This document shows positions 29,822 through 38,817 of a stretch of DNA of 64,000 bases, piece by piece (the stretch's first letter is position 1; each line of letters opens with the position of its first letter). Under the pieces are notes generated by a model. The model was given only the letters and a program-made list of their open reading frames with translations. It did not search any database and was not told the origin of the DNA. The DNA lies in NCBI GenBank assembly GCA_965248865.1, contig CBDFKP010000002.1, positions 213,573 through 277,572 on the forward strand, in the 5' to 3' direction. The translations under genes and the position numbers were made by a program. The DNA comes from Dehalococcoidia bacterium (GTDB taxonomy: Bacteria; Chloroflexota; Dehalococcoidia; Lucifugimonadales; JAPUKM01).

Positions 29822-30268
29822 ATGGTGGTGCAAGACGTTCAGTTCAACCGTAGCCTGCTGGGGGTGAAGCGTCCGGCGGGAAGGTTTTCCGTTACGCGGG
29901 AGGCAATCCTGAGGTACGCGGCGGTCACCGGCTATGGCGACCATATCCATGCGGGCGATGGGTCCGGCCCCAGGGGGGTTGTGGCTCCGCCCGCCTTCTG
30001 CGCTGTGCTCTCCTGGGCCATTCGGCCACTGGATATAGACCTGAAGGGGGTCGGCGCCGGGCTGCTGGCCGGGGAGACCATCCACCGGGCGGCTCCCGTC
30101 TACGCCGGGGATACCCTGGAGGCCACCATCCACCTTCAGAGGGTGTACACCAAGACCGGGCGATCGGGGACCATGACGTTCGTGGTCTGGACCATCTCCT
30201 TTACCAACCAGGATGGCCACCTGGTGGAGACAGAGGAGAAGTCGTTCGTGTACAAGGAGAGGGAGTAG
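29822..30268 (+). CDS. Hot-dog fold protein, MaoC-dehydratase N-terminal type, copy 2
   Basis: Start MVVQDVQFNRS. Paralogous to copy 1 (KTGRSGTMTFVVWTISFTNQDGHLV). Confidence 0.7.
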   Translation: MVVQDVQFNRSLLGVKRPAGRFSVTREAILRYAAVTGYGDHIHAGDGSGPRGVVAPPAFCAVLSWAIRPLDIDLKGVGAGLLAGETIHRAAPVYAGDTLEATIHLQRVYTKTGRSGTMTFVVWTISFTNQDGHLVETEEKSFVYKERE

Positions 30269-30271
30269 GCG

Positions 30272-30706
30272 GTGCCGCTCTACTACGGGGATGTGGAGGT
30301 AGGCGACGAGCTTGGGCCGCTGGAGAAGGTGGTGGACAGGGCCGCGGTCCAGGAGTTCAGCGGCATCTGGGGAAGCAATAGATCCAACCCAACCATCTTC
30401 ACGGACCCTGAGCAGGCGCGGCGGGAGATGCTTCCGGACGTCATCGTTCCAGGGCCTATGAGTATGGCTTTCTTGGCCCAGCTGCTCACCACCTGGGCGG
30501 ACGGCGGCTGGATAAGCAAGCTGGACGTGGTATTTCGCCAGACGGTGCCCCACGAGACGCCGCTGCGGGTGGTGGGCGTGGTCACGGACAAGTATCAGGC
30601 AGAGGGCGGGGGCCATATAGAGTGCGACGTGTACCTTGAGACCGCAGAGGGAGAGCGTCTGGTTGGAGGGCAGGCTATAGTGATACTGCCATTAGGCCCA
30701 CCCTGA
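30272..30706 (+). CDS. Hot-dog fold protein, MaoC-like C-terminal type
   Basis: 144 aa. VGDELGPLEKVVDRAAVQEFSG, PGPMSMAFLAQLLT. The hydratase-2 motif is degenerate (see findings). Confidence 0.65.
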   Translation: MPLYYGDVEVGDELGPLEKVVDRAAVQEFSGIWGSNRSNPTIFTDPEQARREMLPDVIVPGPMSMAFLAQLLTTWADGGWISKLDVVFRQTVPHETPLRVVGVVTDKYQAEGGGHIECDVYLETAEGERLVGGQAIVILPLGPP

Positions 30707-30761
30707 TGGGGGCTAGACTCAGCGATACGGCGTAGCGACACTTCAAACAGGAGGAGGGAGC

Positions 30762-31682
30762 ATGGTCACTCGTATACGGCAGATCGTATCCCTGGCGGAG
30801 GAGATGGAGGAGGCGGCGGCCCTGTACAACAGGGTGCTGGGAATGGAGGTGGGCTGGCGCACGGAGATGCCGCAGTTTGGGCTGACCAAGCTGGTCATGC
30901 CCGCCGGAAACGAGACCTTCTTCGAGATATTGCAGCCGGTGGACCCCAAGAGCCGTGCCTGGCAATTCTTCCACGTGGACCGTGCCGGCGGTGGGAAGTA
31001 CTTCTCCTTGATTGTTGAGACGGATGACCTGGATGCCCTTCTGGCTCGTGCCGACGATGCCAACGCTCGCATCAGCACGAGGTCGGAGGGGGCCGGCGCC
31101 AACAGCAAGAGCGCCTTCATGCACCCGCTGGGGATGAACGGGGTGCTCATAGAGATTCTGCAGCCGCCGCCGGGCACCTGGCCCAACGCCGGGCCGGAGG
31201 AAACCCAGAGCGTGGCGTTAGGGGCCCTGGTGACGCGGTTGCGCCAGGTGGTGGTACTGGTGCGTGACCTGGAGGAGGCCGTTCACCGGTGGGCCACGCT
31301 GTTTGGACTGAAGGTCACCAACAGGTTTCACGTAGCCCACGGCGACCTGAACGCGGCTATTCTGCCGTTTGGCAAGAGCGGGACGTTCCTGGAGCTGGCC
31401 ACGCCCGCCGGCTCCGACTCCTCCGCGGCACGCTACCTGGAGCGGTTCGACGAGGGGCTGTACCTGGCGATCTTCGAGACGCCGGACCTGGCGGCAGCGG
31501 AGGCGAGGATACGGGCACAGGGGGAGGCGCGTATCTCCCAGGTTGCTCGGGAGGACTCCGGGCTGGCCGGGTTCAGGAGCCTGTGGCTGCACCCTCGCTC
31601 CATGAAGGACGCGTTCATCCAACTCTCGGAGGCCTCCGGCGACAATCCCTGGCCGCCGGGCGGCGACGACTGGTACAAGTAG
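30762..31682 (+). CDS. Two-domain VOC (glyoxalase/dioxygenase/epimerase-fold) protein
   Basis: 306 aa. Two repeated modules starting IRQIVSLAEEMEEAAALYNRVLG and LRQVVVLVRDLEEAVHRWATLFG. Confidence 0.7.
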   Translation: MVTRIRQIVSLAEEMEEAAALYNRVLGMEVGWRTEMPQFGLTKLVMPAGNETFFEILQPVDPKSRAWQFFHVDRAGGGKYFSLIVETDDLDALLARADDANARISTRSEGAGANSKSAFMHPLGMNGVLIEILQPPPGTWPNAGPEETQSVALGALVTRLRQVVVLVRDLEEAVHRWATLFGLKVTNRFHVAHGDLNAAILPFGKSGTFLELATPAGSDSSAARYLERFDEGLYLAIFETPDLAAAEARIRAQGEARISQVAREDSGLAGFRSLWLHPRSMKDAFIQLSEASGDNPWPPGGDDWYK

Positions 31683-31910
31683 GCCATTTCGGAGCGGATA
31701 CCGTCGCCACGCTCAGCCCCGGGCACGGGTGCGCCCCACGTGGCTGGCTCGCCGTCCCCTGCGGTGTGGCTGCCTCTATGCGTCAAGCCTCTACGCCGCG
31801 GCGTGGGCCGCTTTTCTGTGGCAGCTCCCGCTGGATACGGCGTTGTAACGTCTCCACTCTAGGTATAAACTGGGACTGCCTGCCGTATGGGCGGCGGAAG
31901 AGGAGCGCTT

Positions 31911-33116
31911 ATGTCTACTGAGCTGATCGCTGGCATAACCGTGGGACATGCCATCTATACGATGAGCGTGCTGATAGTAGCCCTGGTGGCCTCTTGGATT
32001 GGTCGGTTCGCGGCAAACCGTGCGAAGACTCGGCTCCACAAGGCCGATAGCACGAGCCTGATGGCCCAGATCGTGGACGATGTGGAGGAGCCCGGCTTCC
32101 TGCTGGTCATCCTGGCGGGTGTATATCTAGCTCTCATAGGGCTGCCCCCGGTGGCCGACCACGAGCTAGTGGTGCGCCGCGGCTTCACGGTCCTTGCGGT
32201 GGTCCTGGTAGTCTATTCCATTATGCGAGTCCAGGCCCATACCGTCACCTGGTACATCTCCAGGATAGAGCGGAGGAGCATACAGGCTAAGGCGCTGAAC
32301 ACCATGCTGCCCATGGTCAAGCGGACTATCGGCATTTTCGTGCTGGTCATGGGAGCCCTGATCATCATGGACCAGCTGGGGATCGCCATCGCTCCCCTGG
32401 TAGCGGGTCTCGGTATCGCCGGCCTGGCGGTGGCATTGGCCCTGCAGGGGACGTTGACCAATTTCTTCGCCGGAATCAACCTCCTCACCGATGGCTCGGT
32501 CCGGGTCGGCGACTACATAGAGCTGGAGGGAGGGTTGGCCGGTTACATCGATCAGATAGGCTGGAGGACCACCAGGATTCGGATGCTGGCCAACAACATG
32601 ATCATCATCCCCAACTCGAAGATGGCGGACAGCATCACCACCAACTACAACTTTCCGGAGGAGCAGATGTCGGTCTATATCACCGTGGGGGTGGCCTACT
32701 CCAGCGACCTGGATCTTGTGGAGCGGGTGACGGTGGAGGTGGCCAAGCAGATCATGGGAGAGACGACCGGCTCGGTGGAGGGATATGAGCCCTCCATCTG
32801 GTATACGGACTTCGCCGACTCCAATATCAACTTCTGGGTGGTGATGCGCTCCCATGGGTATATGGATATGTGGCTGTTGAAACACAACTTCATCAAGACT
32901 CTGTTGCGTCGCTACAATGAAGAGGGCATTGAGATCTCCTTCCCCGCACGGAACCTCTACTTCAAAAGCGAGATGCCCCGCTTGGAAGGGCAGGGGGTGA
33001 CCGGACGGAGAGGGGAGAGCCGTCCTCCGGCAGCCAGCACCGCAAAGGGCGTAGCTCTACACCAGGACATGGCATCCGCCGAGGGTGAAGGGGACGGTGG
33101 AGAGGGGGGCCCGTAG
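31911..33116 (+). CDS. MscS-family mechanosensitive channel
   Basis: Start MSTELIAG after a GGAAGAGGAG RBS. TM helices, then GTLTNFFAGINLLTDGSVRVGDYIEL (pore/beta-domain signature). Confidence 0.8.
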   Translation: MSTELIAGITVGHAIYTMSVLIVALVASWIGRFAANRAKTRLHKADSTSLMAQIVDDVEEPGFLLVILAGVYLALIGLPPVADHELVVRRGFTVLAVVLVVYSIMRVQAHTVTWYISRIERRSIQAKALNTMLPMVKRTIGIFVLVMGALIIMDQLGIAIAPLVAGLGIAGLAVALALQGTLTNFFAGINLLTDGSVRVGDYIELEGGLAGYIDQIGWRTTRIRMLANNMIIIPNSKMADSITTNYNFPEEQMSVYITVGVAYSSDLDLVERVTVEVAKQIMGETTGSVEGYEPSIWYTDFADSNINFWVVMRSHGYMDMWLLKHNFIKTLLRRYNEEGIEISFPARNLYFKSEMPRLEGQGVTGRRGESRPPAASTAKGVALHQDMASAEGEGDGGEGGP

Positions 33117-33296
33117 GGTGCGTGTCGTCCGGGGTATGCGTCTGCAAGAGGGGGACGTGATGGCTGCGCTGAAGCTGACGCTGGCGATAGAGCACTCGCT
33201 ACGAGGTGGAGCGGGGCCTGATACCGCACGCCCTTGAGGTGGAGGAAAGGTGGAGGGGCTTTTCGCCGATACGGGCCTGGAGAGTTGAGCCGCTCG

Positions 33297-35042
33297 TTAC
33301 TCCTCTGGCGGCTGTCCCCGGCGCGCGGAGAACTGTCGAATGATGGTCAGCTCCTCCAGGGTGGGCGGCGGCTGCGCGTGGATGTCCGGGGCCACCTTGA
33401 GGTCCCAGCCGCACTGCTCCTTGATGGCGGCAATGGCCTCCTCCTGGGACGTACCCTCCTTGGCGTAGTAGCTGGTGAGCACCAGTTCATTGCTCTCCCC
33501 GGGCTTCTCCAGTATTCCAAGGTCGGTGACCACCGTGCGTATCCGGTCTCCGGGCGTGGTGATGAACCCCAGCTCGCTTCGGAACCGGCGAGGGGAGATG
33601 CGTCCGGTTACCAGTATTTCGCCGGCGCCCATGGCGCAGTCGTTGTGGCCACCGGAGCCCGCCATCATGGTGCCGTCCGCCAGGCGGGTGATGTTGATGT
33701 TGGCGTGTCTATCGATCTCGGCGATGCCCAGGATGCCCAGGCTGGGGCTCTCCGGGCCTCTAAGGAGTGACCCGTACATATCCGCCATGCTGCCGAACAT
33801 CTTGGGTGTGGAGAGGTGGGGGATTCCTGCCAGGGAGGCGTTATGAGGTCGGAAGCCGTAGTTCCCGAACCCGACCATCACCTCGACGTCGTAGTCCTGA
33901 GCGCGCAGAGAGGCGAAGGCCTGGAAGGTGGCGGGCAGGGCGATGCCGGGTCCGGCCTGGATAAAGCGGTAGTTGCCGCGACGGACGACCTCCTCTATTT
34001 TGCGGGCCGCGGCCACCGCCATCATCTCCACGTCGGTATACTCCTCCGACTGCTCCGAGGAGAAGGCGAGGGCCTGCTCCCCCACCTGGGACTGGCCGGT
34101 GCTCCAGAGCTTCTTCACCCGTTCCTCGCCCAGCTTTTCAAGGAAGGCTTCGTGGGTCGGCAGATCCAGGACCCACTCCTTGAGCCACGCGTTCACACCG
34201 TCTTGACCCTCCTGCGAGGCCTGCTGGAAGCCCCTGGTGAACTCGAAGTCGTTGATGTAAGGCTCGACCTCAGATACCCAGCCGTTGTAGAGCTCCCTTG
34301 GGTGAGCGCCCAGGGGAGCCTCGCAGACGGCATCCACCATGAAGGCTGGGATGGTGACTAGGGGCGAGTACCTACGGATAGTCTCGGTGGACACAACCTT
34401 CTCCACCGTCACGATGGTGCTCCGCGCGCTGGCTCTGGCTCCCCAGCAGTCCACGATCCAGTCGGGCTCCAGGATGGTGTTTCCGGCGGGATCGGCGGCA
34501 ATACCATGGATGATGGCGACGTCCGGGCGCAAGGCGCTCACCAGGCCAACCCTACCGCCATCGCCAAAGGGGGCATCCATCTCCGAGTAGACCTCAGGGG
34601 CAAGCTCCGAGCCGATGGAGCTTCCGAGGATGGAGCGCGTGGGTAGGAAGGGGACGCCGGTGCCGCCGGCCATGTACCTGAGGATGATGGTATAGATGGT
34701 CCACCGCTCCACCTCAAGGGGGGTGTCCCCGGCTATGTCCTGGATCCTTGGGGTGCGTCCGAAGGGCATAAGAGAGGAGATGACCTTGGTGGCCAGGCCG
34801 GTGTACGCTAGGAGGAAGTGGAGATCGCTGACCATGATGGAGGAGATGGTGAAACCGGGCCTGGTGCTCCAGAACTGCCGTATAACCTCATACAGGCCTG
34901 CGCTGCCACGCTGGCCCAGGAAGATGTGGTCACCGGGCGTAACGTGCCTGGATACCGCCTCTTGCAATGTGCAAAGCTTGGAGGGACCCTCATACTCCTG
35001 GGGCTGGAATGCGGCCACCATACGGTCAAGCTTGTCGCTCAT
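33297..35042 (-). CDS. Fused alpha+beta family-I-type CoA-transferase (glutaconate/3-oxoacid CoA-transferase-like)
   Basis: 581 aa. N-terminal half KLCTLQEAVSRHVTPGDHIFLGQ (subunit A-like). C-terminal half with GSGGHNDCAMGA (subunit B-like). Confidence 0.75.
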   Translation of the reverse strand: MSDKLDRMVAAFQPQEYEGPSKLCTLQEAVSRHVTPGDHIFLGQRGSAGLYEVIRQFWSTRPGFTISSIMVSDLHFLLAYTGLATKVISSLMPFGRTPRIQDIAGDTPLEVERWTIYTIILRYMAGGTGVPFLPTRSILGSSIGSELAPEVYSEMDAPFGDGGRVGLVSALRPDVAIIHGIAADPAGNTILEPDWIVDCWGARASARSTIVTVEKVVSTETIRRYSPLVTIPAFMVDAVCEAPLGAHPRELYNGWVSEVEPYINDFEFTRGFQQASQEGQDGVNAWLKEWVLDLPTHEAFLEKLGEERVKKLWSTGQSQVGEQALAFSSEQSEEYTDVEMMAVAAARKIEEVVRRGNYRFIQAGPGIALPATFQAFASLRAQDYDVEVMVGFGNYGFRPHNASLAGIPHLSTPKMFGSMADMYGSLLRGPESPSLGILGIAEIDRHANINITRLADGTMMAGSGGHNDCAMGAGEILVTGRISPRRFRSELGFITTPGDRIRTVVTDLGILEKPGESNELVLTSYYAKEGTSQEEAIAAIKEQCGWDLKVAPDIHAQPPPTLEELTIIRQFSARRGQPPEE

Positions 35043-35447
35043 CTGACGCTCCTCCCGATACCTTGGCTACTCGGTCGAGGGGATTATAGTCAAGGCGCTA
35101 CGGCGGTACAACCGTGCCTCTTCCGGAGAAGTTCGACAGCACCGAGCCATGCAGTCTTTGTACTGCATGGCCTCATCCAGAGGACTCTGCGACTCGTCCA
35201 GGGGGCCTACGTGGCAGGCTTGCCGTGATTTGTCGCCTGTGATAGAGTGCGGCTGCCGTCGGAGGCGGTAGGGGGATAGTTGTCCGCGCTGGTTCCCCGT
35301 TCGCCGTTTCCGTCACAAACGCGCGCCGGTCCGGCGCGAAGTCGGTGTACTAGTCTGTGTTCCACTGGGGGGGCGGGACTGCTTTCATGCCTGGGGGCAT
35401 GTCATGCGAGACCATTCTCCCTGTTCAGCTAGAGAGGAGACATCTCA

Positions 35448-36500
35448 GTGGCGCTAGTTATAGACAACCATATCCATCTCATCTCCGGGAGAGGCGATAA
35501 GCACTATCTGCCAACCAACTATCGGTGGACGCTGTGCATGAACTGGGCCTACCGCGGCGGTCCTCCCTACGAGCGTGACCCGATGGACCTCTACCCTCGC
35601 CAGGAGGAGCGGGTGGCCGACCCGGATGGCTCCGCCACCGTCGCCGCCATGGAGAGGGCGGGGGTTGACGCGGGCGTCCTTATTCACGCCGATTTCGGCC
35701 CAGGCCATGGCGAGACTCAGGAGCTCTCCATGGAGGAGATGCACAAGGACTACGCCGATCTCCAGAAAAAGTACCCCGGTAAGCTGTATGCCTTCGCGGG
35801 ACCGGACGTCCGGCGCCCCGGCTCCCTGGAGCTGGTGGAGAAGGCCTTTCGTGACTGGGACACCAAGGGGCTGAAGGTGTTTCCAGAGGTGGGCTACTTT
35901 GTCAACGACCCGATGCTCTACCCCTTCTACCAGAAGTGCTTGGAGTACGAGCGGCCGATAGCCATCTGCACCAACTTCGAGCCACCCTTCTCTCGCGGGC
36001 GGTTCAACGACCCCATCTACATCACGGATGTGGTGGCGGACTTCCCCGACCTGAACGTGATCATCTTTCACTGCGGCAACCCCTTTGAGCACTGGTTCGA
36101 TATCTCCCTGGCCATTGGGGGAGCGGCGCTGAACACCTACCTGGAGTTCGATGCGTGGATCCATCCGGGCCGGAGGTCGGAGGAGGAGATGGTGCGGAGG
36201 CTGGCCAAGACGCGTGACAGGGTAGGGGCCCACCGCATCACCTTCGGGACGGACTTCCAGTGCTCGCCGAGCAACTGGGGAGACCGCCGGGCTGATGATT
36301 ACGTTCGGCACGTAGATTTCTGGAAGGAGCTGCCGAAGACGGCGCTGAAGTATGGTGTGAACTTCAGCCAGGAGGAGGTGGACCTGATGATGGGGCTGAA
36401 CCTGGGCCGGCTGCTGGGTGTGGTGGATATGCCGGAGTACACCAAGAAGCGCAAGTATGGCTGGAGCATCCTGATGCCGCGGCCCATGCCGACGCCGTAG
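35448..36500 (+). CDS. Amidohydrolase-2 (PF04909-type TIM-barrel metal hydrolase/decarboxylase) paralog 1 of 6
   Basis: GTG start. IDNHIHL (HxH), IIFHCG, FGTDFQ metal-site motifs. Conserved tail VDMPEYTKKRKYGWSILMPRPMPTP. Confidence 0.85.
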   Translation: MALVIDNHIHLISGRGDKHYLPTNYRWTLCMNWAYRGGPPYERDPMDLYPRQEERVADPDGSATVAAMERAGVDAGVLIHADFGPGHGETQELSMEEMHKDYADLQKKYPGKLYAFAGPDVRRPGSLELVEKAFRDWDTKGLKVFPEVGYFVNDPMLYPFYQKCLEYERPIAICTNFEPPFSRGRFNDPIYITDVVADFPDLNVIIFHCGNPFEHWFDISLAIGGAALNTYLEFDAWIHPGRRSEEEMVRRLAKTRDRVGAHRITFGTDFQCSPSNWGDRRADDYVRHVDFWKELPKTALKYGVNFSQEEVDLMMGLNLGRLLGVVDMPEYTKKRKYGWSILMPRPMPTP

Positions 36501-36571
36501 TCTGTGAAGAGCAGGCGGCATCCGTTGGAAACTCGTATGGTCCTTGTATGGTCATAGAGGGAGGAACTGAT

Positions 36572-37642
36572 ATGGCGACGGTTATAGACAACCATGTCCA
36601 CCTCATATCCGGAACGCCCGGCAATGAGTATATGTCGCCCAACTACCGTTGGTACCACTGCTACAACTGGGCCTACGGTGGTGCACACAGGCCTCCCTAC
36701 GAGCGCGACCCCATGGATATGTACCCCCGCCAGGAGCAGCGGGTGGCGGACCCGGACGGCTCGGCCACGGTGAAGGCGATGGATGCCGCCGGTGTGGACG
36801 CCTGCGTGCTGATCCACGCCGACTTCGGTCACGGCTTTGGGGAGCTGGGGGCCAAGAGCATGGAGGAGATGCACCAGGACTACACGGACATCGCCAACCG
36901 GTACCCGGGCCGCTTCTATCCCTTCGCGGGGCCGGATGTCCGTCGTCCGGGGTCGCTGGAGATGGTCCGCAAGGGGCTGGCGGACGGTCGATTCAAGGGG
37001 CAGAAGGTGTTTCCGGAGGTGGGGTACTTCGCCAACGACCCGATGCTGTACCCCTTCTATAGCGCCCTGCTGGAGGCGGAAGCGCCGGTGGCTATCTGCA
37101 CCAACTTCGAGTCGCCCATGGCTCGCGGTCGGTACAATGACCCCATCTATATTACGGATGTGGTGGCGGACTTCCCTGACCTGAACGTCATCATCTTCCA
37201 CTGCGGCTACCCGTACCAGCACTGGTTTGAGATCTGCCTGGCCATTGCTCGGGCGGCCCTCAACGTGCACGTGACCGTGGAGCCGTGGCTGTGGGGATAC
37301 AGCGAGGCCGGTCCGGGGCGCGAGGAGGAGGGCATTCGGAAGCTGGCGAGGATCAGAGACTCCATCGGTGCCCACCGCATCCACTTCGGTACCGATGGCC
37401 AGTTCGCCAACACCAACTGGGGCGAGGGGTGTACGCAGACCTACATCAACCATGTCAACATTTGGAGAGAGCTGCCGGAACGGGCCAAGCGGTACGGGAT
37501 CACCTTCAGCCAGGAGGAGGTGGACCTGATGATGGGGCTGAACCTGGGCCGGCTGCTGGGTGTGGTGGATATGCCGGAGTACACCAAGAAGCGCAAGTAC
37601 GGCTGGAGTATCCTGATGCCGCGGCCCATGCCAACGCCGTAG
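36572..37642 (+). CDS. Amidohydrolase-2 paralog 2 of 6
   Basis: Start MATVIDNHVHL after GAGGGAGG. IIFHCG, FGTDGQ. Same tail. Confidence 0.85.
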   Translation: MATVIDNHVHLISGTPGNEYMSPNYRWYHCYNWAYGGAHRPPYERDPMDMYPRQEQRVADPDGSATVKAMDAAGVDACVLIHADFGHGFGELGAKSMEEMHQDYTDIANRYPGRFYPFAGPDVRRPGSLEMVRKGLADGRFKGQKVFPEVGYFANDPMLYPFYSALLEAEAPVAICTNFESPMARGRYNDPIYITDVVADFPDLNVIIFHCGYPYQHWFEICLAIARAALNVHVTVEPWLWGYSEAGPGREEEGIRKLARIRDSIGAHRIHFGTDGQFANTNWGEGCTQTYINHVNIWRELPERAKRYGITFSQEEVDLMMGLNLGRLLGVVDMPEYTKKRKYGWSILMPRPMPTP

Positions 37643-37704
37643 TCTGTGAAGAGGCGGCGTCCGTTGGAAATTCGTACGGTTTCAGATAGAGGGAGGGAAC
37701 TGAT

Positions 37705-38775
37705 ATGGCGATGGTCATAGACAACCATGTCCACCTTATATCCGGTACACCCGGCAATGAGTACCTGCCGCCCAAGTACCGATGGTGGACCTGCTACAAC
37801 TGGGCTTATGCCCACCCTCATATGCCCCCGTATGACAGAGACCCTATGGATATATACGAACGCCAGGAGCAGCGGGTGGCGGACCCGGATGGGTCGGCAA
37901 CGGTGAAGGCGATGGACGCCGCCGGTGTGGATGCCTGCGTGCTGATCCACGCCGACTTCGGCCTTTGCTACGGCGAGATAGGGCCAAAGAGCATGGAGGA
38001 GATGCACCAGGACTACACGGACATCGCCAAGCGGTACCCGGGCCGCTTCTATCCCTTCGCCGGGCCGGATGTCCGTCGTCCGGGGTCGCTGGAAATGGTG
38101 CGCAAGGGTCTACAGGACGATTCCTTCAAAGGGCAGAAGATATTTCCTGAGGTGGGCTACTTTGTCAACGATCCGATGCTGTACCCCTTCTACAGCGCCA
38201 ATTTGGAGGCCGAGAGGCCCGTTGCCATCTGCACCAACTTCGAGCCGCCCATGGCCCGGCCCAGGATGAACGATCCCATCTATATCACGGATGTAGTGGC
38301 TGACTTCCCTGACCTGAACGTTATTATTTTCCACGCCGGCTATCCCCTTGACCACTGGTTTGAGATTACCCTGGCCATCGCCAGAGCCGCCCTCAACGTC
38401 TACATAACGGTGGAGCCGTGGCTGTGGGGGTACCCGGGATGGGAAAAGGGTGGGGAAGAGGACGGCATCAGGAGACTGGCGAGGATCAGGGACTCCATTG
38501 GTGCCCACCGCATCAGCTTCGGGACCGATGGTCAGTTCGCGAACACCAACTGGGGCGAGAGGAGCATCGAGAACTACAAGGAGCATGTCAATATCTGGAA
38601 AGAGCTGCCGGAGCGAGCGAAGAGGTACGGGATCTCCTTCAGCCAGGAGGAGGTGGACCTGATGATGGGGATGAACCTGGGCCGGCTGGTTGGTGCCGTG
38701 GATATGCCGGAGTACAAGAAGAAGCGCAAGTACGGGTGGAGCATCTTGATGCCGAGGCCCATGCCGACGCCGTAA
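37705..38775 (+). CDS. Amidohydrolase-2 paralog 3 of 6
   Basis: MAMVIDNHVHL, IIFHAG, FGTDGQ. Tail VDMPEYKKKRKYGWSILMPRPMPTP. Confidence 0.85.
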   Translation: MAMVIDNHVHLISGTPGNEYLPPKYRWWTCYNWAYAHPHMPPYDRDPMDIYERQEQRVADPDGSATVKAMDAAGVDACVLIHADFGLCYGEIGPKSMEEMHQDYTDIAKRYPGRFYPFAGPDVRRPGSLEMVRKGLQDDSFKGQKIFPEVGYFVNDPMLYPFYSANLEAERPVAICTNFEPPMARPRMNDPIYITDVVADFPDLNVIIFHAGYPLDHWFEITLAIARAALNVYITVEPWLWGYPGWEKGGEEDGIRRLARIRDSIGAHRISFGTDGQFANTNWGERSIENYKEHVNIWKELPERAKRYGISFSQEEVDLMMGMNLGRLVGAVDMPEYKKKRKYGWSILMPRPMPTP

Positions 38776-38817
38776 GAGGCACCGAGGTTGGTGCGAGCAC
38801 AGAAGGAGGGAGCTGGA

